This document shows, one piece after another, positions 1-6,938 of a stretch of DNA of 20,395 nt. The notes beneath the pieces are model-generated. The model saw nothing but the letters and a program-made list of their open reading frames with translations, searched no databases and was not told the origin of the DNA. Source of the DNA: an uncultured Deinococcales bacterium (lineage in GTDB: Bacteria; Deinococcota; Deinococci; Deinococcales; JAAFIG01); the NCBI GenBank assembly GCA_964244895.1, contig CAXTKV010000085.1, positions 1 to 20,395 of the forward strand. Direction: 5' to 3'. The position numbers and the translations under genes were made by a program. How positions within the stretch are numbered: position 1 is the first letter of the stretch; each line of letters opens with the position of its first letter.

Positions 1-1
1 T

Positions 2-148
2 CGCATGTATTCATGGGGATCAGCACCACAGGGAACAAAGAGTTGCACAGTAGAGGTTATCAAAACCCAGCCTTACGACAGTTTTAAAGTTACCGTCGTT
101 GGTGACGAATCGACGGGAAATTTCAAGTATTCGACCATCATTAATTAG
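2..148 (+). CDS. 3' end of a CDS entering from the left edge; possibly the C-terminus of a pilin-like or secreted beta-rich protein
   Basis: Open frame 2..148 reads RMYSWGSAPQGTKSCTVEVIKTQPYDSFKVTVVGDESTGNFKYSTIIN*. Noticeably more AT-rich than the rest of the window. The product guess is weak. Confidence 0.5.
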   Translation, partial: RMYSWGSAPQGTKSCTVEVIKTQPYDSFKVTVVGDESTGNFKYSTIIN

Positions 149-155
149 CGCTTAA

Positions 156-205
156 AGAACACCGTCCAGCACGCACTCTCAAACACGCGTGCTAGACGGT
201 GTTCT
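156..205. repeat. ~50-bp palindromic repeat family, copy 1
   Basis: AGAACACCGTCCAGCACGC-actctcaaacac-GCGTGCTAGACGGTGTTCT, lying between convergent stop codons. Confidence 0.9.
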
Positions 206-208
206 CGT

Positions 209-1213
209 CTACTCGAGGTTCACGGGTTGGCCCATCTCGTTCGATTCGTAGCAGGCCAGCGCGACGCGCAGGGCCTCGAAACCGTCCCGCCAGGTCACGC
301 TCACGTCGGTGTCATTCCGAATGCTCGAGAAGAACGATTGGAGCATGGCGGCGTTCGGGTCGCTGCCCCAGTTGGCCCAGGTCACGGCTCGAGGGTTCCG
401 GTTCGAGTAAACCGTCAGGTGCTGCGCGAAGGCATCCACGTCCAGCGCACCGCGTTCCCCCACGACCTCGAGCTTGAGGTGCCCCCATCGCGGGTAAGTC
501 GCGGGGCGCGACCAGGAACAGTCGATGCTGGCAAAGACGCCGTTCTGAAGCGTCAACAGCGCGATTCCGGCGGTGTCCACGTCCAGGTCGGGACGAAACG
601 GGTTGCCTATCTCGGCGTGGACGGACTGGATTTCCGCGCCGAAGATCCAGCGGTAGATGTCCGCCAGGTGAACCGTGTGATCCATAACCGCGCCGCCGCC
701 CGCGAGGGCTCTCTGTGCGAACCAGGCACGGTGGACGCTCGGGTTTTCGGAATGATTGATGCCATTCACGCCGTAGACGCGCCCCAGATCTCCGTTCAGC
801 ACGCGCTGGCGCAGCAGTTCGATGGTCGGATCGAAACGCATCGGGAAGGCCGTCATGAACCGCACGCCCGCGCCCTCGCAGGCGTCGCGCATGGCGAGGG
901 CGCGTGAGAGGCTGACCTCGATGGGTTTCTCGCAAAGAACGTGCGCGCCCGCCTGCGCCGCCATCTGAACGAGTTCCATGCGCCCGAAGTTTTCACAGCA
1001 GACGATCACCGCGTCGGGTTTTTGCTCGAGCAGTTCCTGGTGTGTTGCAAACCGCGCCGCGCCGTGGGTTCTCGAGGCGGATTCTCCGCGCGCCGCGTCG
1101 GGCTCGCTGAATCCGATGAACTCCACGTCGGGATTCGATTGCAGCAGCGTCGCGTAGCCGTCCGCGTGGACGTGCGCGAAGCTCAAGATGCCGACCCGGA
1201 GTTTCGAGGGCAT
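209..1213 (-). CDS. Gfo/Idh/MocA family oxidoreductase
   Basis: LRVGILSFAHVHA N-terminus, HVLCEKP motif, GGGAVMDHTVHLAD motif. ATG overlaps the upstream stop (TGATG); SD GAGGAGG present. Confidence 0.93.
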   Translation of the reverse strand: MPSKLRVGILSFAHVHADGYATLLQSNPDVEFIGFSEPDAARGESASRTHGAARFATHQELLEQKPDAVIVCCENFGRMELVQMAAQAGAHVLCEKPIEVSLSRALAMRDACEGAGVRFMTAFPMRFDPTIELLRQRVLNGDLGRVYGVNGINHSENPSVHRAWFAQRALAGGGAVMDHTVHLADIYRWIFGAEIQSVHAEIGNPFRPDLDVDTAGIALLTLQNGVFASIDCSWSRPATYPRWGHLKLEVVGERGALDVDAFAQHLTVYSNRNPRAVTWANWGSDPNAAMLQSFFSSIRNDTDVSVTWRDGFEALRVALACYESNEMGQPVNLE

Positions 1214-2211
1214 CAGAGCACCTCCTCGAGCTTGACGGTTCGGCCCGTCTGAAGGGACATCCGTGCGGCCAGCGCGATCCGCAGCGCCTCGAGCGCATCC
1301 TGGGGCGTGACCAGGAACGGCGTACCAGTTTCGAGCGCGCTTTTGACGTGCCGAATCTGGGTTTCGTAGGGGTCTTCCGCCAGGATCGAAAGCGGCAAAC
1401 CGACATCGGAAGCACCGTCCAGGGTGACATTCTCGAGAAACGGCCTGATCGTGCTGGACGAGTCAGAATTCCACTCGATCAAGCCGTCGGTTCCGGAAAT
1501 ATCTATTGACGTGCGGAACACGCCTTTCGGGTACGCCCAGCCGCCCTCGATCAGCGCCATCGCGCCGGATTTGAAACGCAGCGACACCAGGGCATAATCA
1601 CCGGGTGCATCTGGGAAGATGGCTCGGACGGATCTCGCGTAGACGCGTTCGACCTCGCCACCGAGCCAGCGCGCGTAATCGAAGTCGTGAATCATCAAGT
1701 CCACGACCATGCCGCCGGATCGGGCATCGTCCAGAAACCAGTTGTCGCCCGCGACCTGCGGCTGGTACGCGGCGCGTTTCAGGCGGATCACGCCTAGATC
1801 ACCGACATGACCGTCCAGCACGGCATTCCTTGCCATGCGGTACTGCGGGAAGAACCGCACCACGTGCGCGATAAACAACCTCACGTTGGCCACGCGGCAC
1901 GCGTCAATCATGGATTGCGCGTCACGGACGCTCAGCGCGATGGGTTTCTCGCAGACCACGTGCTTGCCCGCGCTGGCGGCCAGAAGCGCGTACTCGAGGT
2001 GCGATGGCGTGGGCGAGCAGATGTCCAGCACATCCACATCAGAAAGCAATTCGGTGACGCTCGAGACGACCCGACCACCGACCCGCGAGGCGAGCCTGGA
2101 CGCGGCATCCGGGCTGCTCGAGAAAATCCCGCCGATCTCTGCCCCTGACGCGCGCCAGGCCGCCGCGTGGACGCTGCCCATGCCACCCGCACCGATGATT
2201 CCGACACGCAC
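1213..2211 (-). CDS. Gfo/Idh/MocA family oxidoreductase
   Basis: Rossmann motif VGIIGAGGMG, CEKP, SGGMVVDLMIHDFD. GTG start with SD GGAGG. Confidence 0.93.
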   Translation of the reverse strand: MRVGIIGAGGMGSVHAAAWRASGAEIGGIFSSSPDAASRLASRVGGRVVSSVTELLSDVDVLDICSPTPSHLEYALLAASAGKHVVCEKPIALSVRDAQSMIDACRVANVRLFIAHVVRFFPQYRMARNAVLDGHVGDLGVIRLKRAAYQPQVAGDNWFLDDARSGGMVVDLMIHDFDYARWLGGEVERVYARSVRAIFPDAPGDYALVSLRFKSGAMALIEGGWAYPKGVFRTSIDISGTDGLIEWNSDSSSTIRPFLENVTLDGASDVGLPLSILAEDPYETQIRHVKSALETGTPFLVTPQDALEALRIALAARMSLQTGRTVKLEEVL

Positions 2212-2237
2212 GAGAACCTCCGAAGAGTTGCGGCTCG

Positions 2238-2257
2238 AGTTTATCAGGCGTTAGGCT
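2238..2257. promoter_or_regulatory. Putative divergent -10 elements for the oxidoreductase pair and the ABC operon
   Basis: Minus strand: extended -10 TGaTAAACT (2246-2238). Plus strand: TAGGCT (2252-2257). Both lie in a 98-bp divergent spacer. Confidence 0.5.
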
Positions 2258-2309
2258 GAACCCGGCACCACAACAAAGCGGCTTCAGGCTGCTTCGAGGA
2301 GGGGGAAGA

Positions 2310-3569
2310 ATGCGGAAATCCAGCGTTGTTCTACTGGCAGTGCTGTCCGGCGCGGCGCTCTTGGGTCTGGCCAGAGGTCAGGACAAGTCCAAGATCACCA
2401 TCGAATCGTGGCGCAACGACGACCTGAAGATCTGGAACACGCAGATCATCCCGGCCTTCAACAAGAAATACCCGAACATCGAGGTGATCTTTGCGCCCAG
2501 CGCGCCGACGGAATACAACGCCGCCCTGGACGCGAAACTCCAGGCCGGATCGGGCGGCGACCTGATCACCTGCCGTCCCTTCGACCAGTCGCTCGGGATC
2601 TTCCAGAAGGGTCAGCTCGAGGATTTAAGTGACCTCAAAGGCATGGACAACTTCAGCCCGGTCGCCAAGAGCGCCTGGCAGACCGACGACGGCAAGAGCA
2701 CCTTCTGCGTTCCAATTGCCAGCGTGATTCACGGCTTCATTTACAACAAGAAGATCTTCACGGAGCTGAAGCTCAAGGTTCCAAACACAGAAGCCGAGTT
2801 CTACGCGGCGCTCGAGACGATCAAGAAAAACGGCAAGTACGCGCCGTTGGTAATGGGCACCAAAGACCAGTGGGAGAGCGCCACCATGGGCTACCAGAAC
2901 ATCGGGCCGAATTACTGGGGCGGCGAGACGGGCCGCAAGGCGCTCATTTCTGGCGCGGCCAAGTACAACACGGGCGGCTTCCTGAAAGCCTTCGAGGCCC
3001 TCAAAAAGTGGACGCCGTACCTGCCCAAGGGCTACCAGTCGCTCGCGTACCCGGACGCGCAGAACCTGTTCAGCCTGGGTAAGGGCGCGATCTACCCGGC
3101 TGGATCGTGGGACATCAGCACCTTCCGGGCCGCCAAGGTGGACATCGGCGCGTTCAAACCGCCGCTGCCCGCTGGCTCGAGCAAGTGCTACATCAGCGAT
3201 CACACGGACATCGCCATGGGTTTGAACGCCGCCAGCCCCAACAAGGACGCCGCCAAGACCTTCCTGGAATGGATGACGACCGATGACTTCGCCAGCATTT
3301 ACTCCAACGCCCTGCCGGGCTTTTTCAGCCTGAACTCGAAGGCCAAGATCAAGCTGGCTGATCCGGTCGCGCAGGAATTCGTGTCGTGGCGCGGCAAGTG
3401 CGAGAGCACCATCCGCAGCGCCTACCAGATTCTTTCTCGCGGCAACCCGAACAACGAGAACGACCTGTGGGGCGCGAGCGCCGCCGTGCTGAACGGCACC
3501 AAGACGCCCGCCCAGGCCGCCGGTGACGTGCAGAAGGGCCTGGAAAGCTGGTACAAGCCCGTCAAGTAA
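2310..3569 (+). CDS. Sugar ABC transporter substrate-binding protein (family 1)
   Basis: Signal peptide MRKSSVVLLAVLSGAALLGLARG without lipobox; motifs AFNKKYPNIEV and GFIYNKKIF; SD GAGGAGG; followed by two permeases. Confidence 0.93.
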   Translation: MRKSSVVLLAVLSGAALLGLARGQDKSKITIESWRNDDLKIWNTQIIPAFNKKYPNIEVIFAPSAPTEYNAALDAKLQAGSGGDLITCRPFDQSLGIFQKGQLEDLSDLKGMDNFSPVAKSAWQTDDGKSTFCVPIASVIHGFIYNKKIFTELKLKVPNTEAEFYAALETIKKNGKYAPLVMGTKDQWESATMGYQNIGPNYWGGETGRKALISGAAKYNTGGFLKAFEALKKWTPYLPKGYQSLAYPDAQNLFSLGKGAIYPAGSWDISTFRAAKVDIGAFKPPLPAGSSKCYISDHTDIAMGLNAASPNKDAAKTFLEWMTTDDFASIYSNALPGFFSLNSKAKIKLADPVAQEFVSWRGKCESTIRSAYQILSRGNPNNENDLWGASAAVLNGTKTPAQAAGDVQKGLESWYKPVK

Positions 3570-3596
3570 GTCTTTCTCGAGCCACAGCATCACGCT

Positions 3597-3624
3597 GTAG
3601 GGGCGACGCATGCGTCGCCCCTAC
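3597..3624. repeat. GTAG-type REP palindrome
   Basis: Perfect 28-bp palindrome GTAGGGGCGACGCATGCGTCGCCCCTAC just after the binding-protein stop. Confidence 0.85.
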
Positions 3625-3645
3625 GCACACCGGGACGAACCGATA

Positions 3646-3695
3646 GGGACACCGTCCGGCACGCATTCTCGAGACATCGTGTGGGACGGTGTTCT
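3646..3695. repeat. ~50-bp palindromic repeat family, copy 2
   Basis: GGACACCGTCCGGCACGC-attctcgagacat-CGTGTGGGACGGTGTTCT. Confidence 0.85.
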
Positions 3696-3729
3696 TTAGA
3701 TCCGACCCGAAAAAACCGAGAGCGACAAC

Positions 3730-4629
3730 ATGAGAGCCAAAAAAGCCTTTCCGACCCACATCGTCGTGTTTTTATTGCCCGCCGTGCTGATTTACACGGC
3801 CTTCATGATCTATCCGTTGCTGGATTCCTTGCGGTTGTCCCTCTATAACATCGGGCTGGATTTCAAAACGCATTTCGTGGGCCTGGAAAACTACCAGAAA
3901 CTGCTGACCAACGAGCGCTTCGCGCCTCAACTCGGGAACGCGATTCGGAACAACCTGGTGTTCTTCGTGATTCACATGTGCGTGCAGAACCCGATCGGGT
4001 TGCTGCTGGCGGTCTTGTTGTCCACCCGCATTCGCGGCAGCGTCGTGTACCGCACGCTGATTTTCGTACCGACCGTTTTATCCGTGGTGCTGATCGGGTT
4101 CTCGTGGCGCATGATCCTGTCGCCGGTCTGGGGCATCGCGGACAAGGTTCCGGGTTTGAACCTGATGAACCTGGGTCTCGAGCAGAGCGCACTCATCACG
4201 GTTTCGCTGATCTCCGTCTGGCAGTACGTCGGCATCCCAATGATGCTTTTTTTAGCGACATTGATCGGCATTCCGTCTGAATTGCTCGAGGCCGCGCGGG
4301 TGGACGGCGCGAACGCCTGGACGGTCTTCTGGAAGATTCAATTCCCGCTGATCCTGCCGACCGTGGGGATCGTGGCGGTGCTGACCTTCGTGGGCAACTT
4401 CAACGCCTTCGACCTGGTGTACGCCACTCAGGGCGCGCTGGCCGGGCCGGATTTTCACACGGATTTGCTGGGCACGCTGTTCTACCGCACGTTTTTTGGA
4501 TTCCAGTTGCAACGCGGCGATCCGTACCTGGGCAGCGCCGTGGCGGGCGTGATGCTACTGATCATCCTGACGGGCGTGCTGGTCTACTTGTTCGCGTGGC
4601 AGCGCCGACTGCAAAGGATCGAACTGTGA
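3730..4629 (+). CDS. Sugar ABC transporter permease (MalF-like)
   Basis: FVGLENY motif, EAA loop ELLEAARVDGANAWTVFWKI, multiple TM segments. Confidence 0.93.
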   Translation: MRAKKAFPTHIVVFLLPAVLIYTAFMIYPLLDSLRLSLYNIGLDFKTHFVGLENYQKLLTNERFAPQLGNAIRNNLVFFVIHMCVQNPIGLLLAVLLSTRIRGSVVYRTLIFVPTVLSVVLIGFSWRMILSPVWGIADKVPGLNLMNLGLEQSALITVSLISVWQYVGIPMMLFLATLIGIPSELLEAARVDGANAWTVFWKIQFPLILPTVGIVAVLTFVGNFNAFDLVYATQGALAGPDFHTDLLGTLFYRTFFGFQLQRGDPYLGSAVAGVMLLIILTGVLVYLFAWQRRLQRIEL

Positions 4630-4632
4630 AGT

Positions 4633-4665
4633 GGTCACGGGTCGCGGGTCACGGGTCACGGGTCA
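4633..4665 (+). repeat. Heptamer tandem array (GGTCRCG) x~4.7
   Basis: GGTCACG GGTCGCG GGTCACG GGTCACG GGTCA. Confidence 0.9.
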
Positions 4666-4882
4666 AAGCGAAACCCGTCCCGGTGCGCGGTCTCGAGGTT
4701 GGTTCAGTGCGAACGTCGCGCGAACATCTGTGCCACACGCGCCGTATTTCTGTAGAAGCGAATCTTGTCTTCGCCCTCGAGCGGCGACGATCGTTTGAAA
4801 TGCCGCCTCGGGCGCGACGGATGCTCAAAAATCGAGCCCGACGTTCGCCCGATGCGCGCTCTTTCAGCCGAGAGAATGACAG

Positions 4883-4941
4883 AAGCACCGTGCTGCACAG
4901 TGTTTTCTCGAGCCTCGAGAATAGCGTGTGGGACGGTCTCC
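4883..4941. repeat. ~50-bp palindromic repeat family, degenerate copy 3
   Basis: AAGCACCGTGCTGCACA...GCGTGTGGGACGGTCTC, with an inner TTCTCGAG-c-CTCGAGAA hairpin. Confidence 0.7.
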
Positions 4942-4942
4942 T

Positions 4943-4970
4943 CGCGGCTTGCGGCTTGTGGCCCGCGGCC
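4943..4970 (+). repeat. Heptamer tandem array (YGYGGCY) x4, complementary to 4633-4665
   Basis: CGCGGCT TGCGGCT TGTGGCC CGCGGCC. Confidence 0.8.
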
Positions 4971-4984
4971 AGAAGGCTCCTCCC

Positions 4985-5860
4985 GTGAGCCTCGCCTCGA
5001 GCGTTCCCGCCACCGGAAAGCGCCCCGGCAGCCCGTTGCGCGGCCACCTGGAACACGGCGCAATCCACGCGGTCTTGATCTTCTACACCCTCATTGCGCT
5101 CTTCCCGACGCTGTTGGTGGTGATGAATTCCTTCAAGGCGCAAAAAGCCATCTTCGGATCGCCGTACAGCTTCCCGACGCCCGCGACCTTCGATCCGATC
5201 GGCTATTCGACGGTCTTCTCGAATGCGCATTTTGAACGCTACTTCCTGAACAGCCTGATCGTGACCATCGTGTCGCTGGCGGTGATCCTGACCGTCTCGA
5301 GCATGGCGGCCTTCGCGCTTTCAGAGTACGAATTTCGGGGCAATGCGCTCCTGGGCTTGTACCTGAGCATCGGCATCATGGTGCCGATCCGCTTGGGTAC
5401 GGTCAGCTTGCTGAAAATGATGGTCGGGCTGCACCTGGCCAACACGTTGACCGCACTGATTTTGATTTACGCGGCGGCTGGCATTCCGCTGGCCGTGTTC
5501 GTGCTGACGCAGTTCTTTCAGACCGTTCCCAAAGAGTTAAAAGACGCCGCCCGGATCGACGGCGCGAGCGAGTACCGCGTGTTCTTGCTGTGCCTACCGA
5601 TCGTGCGACCCGCGCTGGGCACGGTCGCTATTTTCAACATGATTCCCGTCTGGAACGACCTGTGGTTCCCGTTGATCGTCGCCAACGACGAGAGAACCAA
5701 GACGGTGATCCTGGGCGCGCAACAATTCCTGGGCCAGTTCGTCAACGACTGGAACGCGGTGCTGGCGGCCTTGTCGCTGGCGGTGCTGCCCGTGATCGTG
5801 CTGTACGTGATTTTTTCAAGGCAACTGATCCGAGGGCTGACGCAGGGCGCGGTCAAGTAA
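4985..5860 (+). CDS. Sugar ABC transporter permease (MalG-like)
   Basis: YFLNSLIVT motif, EAA loop KELKDAARIDGASEYRVF, C-terminal GLTQGAVK. Start moved to GTG 4985 because the ORF-track start (4928) lies inside a repeat. Confidence 0.92.
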   Translation: MSLASSVPATGKRPGSPLRGHLEHGAIHAVLIFYTLIALFPTLLVVMNSFKAQKAIFGSPYSFPTPATFDPIGYSTVFSNAHFERYFLNSLIVTIVSLAVILTVSSMAAFALSEYEFRGNALLGLYLSIGIMVPIRLGTVSLLKMMVGLHLANTLTALILIYAAAGIPLAVFVLTQFFQTVPKELKDAARIDGASEYRVFLLCLPIVRPALGTVAIFNMIPVWNDLWFPLIVANDERTKTVILGAQQFLGQFVNDWNAVLAALSLAVLPVIVLYVIFSRQLIRGLTQGAVK

Positions 5861-5939
5861 CGCGAGGGCAAGGTAACCACAAGGGTTACCCCTACAAAAG
5901 CCTGTTCTGTAGGGGTAATCTTTATGGTTGCCCTCGCGT
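5860..5939. repeat. Inverted pair of GTAG-type REPs (REPIN-like hairpin); probable terminator between convergent genes
   Basis: ACGCGAGGGCAA(ggtaa)CCACAAGGGTTACCCCTACA ... TGTAGGGGTAATCTTTATGGTTGCCCTCGCGT. Confidence 0.85.
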
Positions 5940-6024
5940 CAACGCGTTCTTGGGACTGACTTTCGCAAAAGGTTCAACACCGTCGAATGCTCGGAGCCGA
6001 ACCCGCAAACGCACCCTCGAAGGT

Positions 6025-6393
6025 TCAGGGGCCGAAGCCGCGCGGTTGAGTCTTGCCGTGCCAGTGCAGGCAGTTCGGGCAGATCATGCCGTCCGGGTCG
6101 CGGCGCATCGCGTCGCCCAGACCGCGCAACTTGGCGCGGCGGAAAACGCCATCGAAGAAATCCCAGATGCTTTGCCACCACGCCAGGTTGCGATCCCGAC
6201 GAAGGCTCGGGTCGAAGCGGCTCTGCCACCACTCCCCGAGATCGTGCGGACCGTAGGGAAGGTCCGGGTCGAGACCCGCCAGGCCAGCGTGATCGCTCGA
6301 GGAACCCGAACCGTACGCCCGAGCAGTGATCATCGGGTACGCGCAACGCGGACAGTGCTGGAAGGCGCTCTGAGATAAACCGATCCGACCCAT
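6025..6393 (-). CDS. Small hypothetical protein with split zinc-ribbon (CPRC ... CPNC)
   Basis: Two CPxC knuckles near the termini; leaderless signature TAACGT-N5-ATG. Confidence 0.7.
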   Translation of the reverse strand: MGRIGLSQSAFQHCPRCAYPMITARAYGSGSSSDHAGLAGLDPDLPYGPHDLGEWWQSRFDPSLRRDRNLAWWQSIWDFFDGVFRRAKLRGLGDAMRRDPDGMICPNCLHWHGKTQPRGFGP

Positions 6394-6462
6394 GCGTCAC
6401 GTTACGCACTCGAGCACCGGTAGGTTCCGATGGTCTCGAGAACTGCGCCCGGATTGACGGCG

Positions 6463-6507
6463 CGGTTCAGGCAGTCCGGTTCAGTCAATCCGGTTCAGGC
6501 AGTCCGG
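6463..6507. repeat. 14-bp tandem repeat x3 in a divergent promoter region
   Basis: CGGTTCAGGCAGTC CGGTTCAGTCAATC CGGTTCAGGCAGTC CGG. Confidence 0.85.
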
Positions 6508-6559
6508 ATCCGGGCATTATTTGGCTTTCGGACGCTGAAATGGGTGCTACGTTCTGGGC

Positions 6560-6760
6560 ATGAACTTCAAGCCCTACCGGTCAGCCCTGATCACCTTGTG
6601 CGTTTCGTTGCTCGTCGGAGGCATCCTGTCGGCTGCGCGAGGCAGCGACACCGCGCACCCGAGCGCCCCGAACGCGCTCAGGGCACTTTCGACGATTCTG
6701 GTGCAGTCAGCCGTTACGACCGCCGCTCGAGGCGCGAGCGTCTGGTCGGCGAGCCGCTAA
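6560..6760 (+). CDS. Small (66 aa) membrane or secreted hypothetical protein
   Basis: Basic N-terminus plus hydrophobic stretch ALITLCVSLLVGGILSAA; leaderless signature TGcTACGTT-N6-ATG. Confidence 0.65.
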   Translation: MNFKPYRSALITLCVSLLVGGILSAARGSDTAHPSAPNALRALSTILVQSAVTTAARGASVWSASR

Positions 6761-6780
6761 GCCTGCGGTCGAGAAGACCG

Positions 6781-6898
6781 TTCTTGCTCGTGGAATAGCA
6801 CCTTCTTGCCGCCAAAGACAGCACCTTCGGGCTTGCGGCGCTGACGGGCTACTCGCGCTTCTTGCTCGTCAGACAGCACCTCTCGAGCTACTCGCGCT
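6781..6898. repeat. Mosaic of short direct repeats
   Basis: TTCTTGC...AGCACC unit at 6781-6802, 6803-6825 and 6859-6880; GCTACTCGCGCT at 6848-6859 and 6887-6898. Confidence 0.75.
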
Positions 6899-6938
6899 CC
6901 AGCACGCGAATTGAATCACGCGTTCGAGACGGTATTTT
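6898..6938. repeat. ~50-bp palindromic repeat family, truncated copy 4
   Basis: TCCAGCACGCG-aattgaatca-CGCGTTCGAGACGGTATTTT, abutting the GGDEF/EAL stop. Confidence 0.65.

Larger units (their letters stand above)
4626..4988 (+). other. Putative 120-aa translational bridge ORF between the two permeases
   Basis: GTG 4626 overlaps the permease-1 TGA (GTGA); its own TGA 4986-4988 overlaps the permease-2 GTG 4985 (GTGA). The product is repeat-derived and not protein-like. Confidence 0.45.

Noticed and set aside
3570..3733. Possible bridge ORF between the binding protein and permease 1 (ATG 3610-3699, then GTG 3689-3733 ending in ATGA)
   Set aside because: The binding-protein stop TAA has no overlapping start and the chain is not continuous. 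It is a counter-example showing that not every spacer is bridged.
6430..6798. 122-aa ORF on + strand
   Set aside because: Runs through the tandem repeat and overlaps the better supported leaderless 6560-6760 ORF; Arg-rich, non-protein-like
6781..6898. Degenerate mini-CRISPR
   Set aside because: Two units are directly adjacent with no spacer; the units are divergent and there are only three
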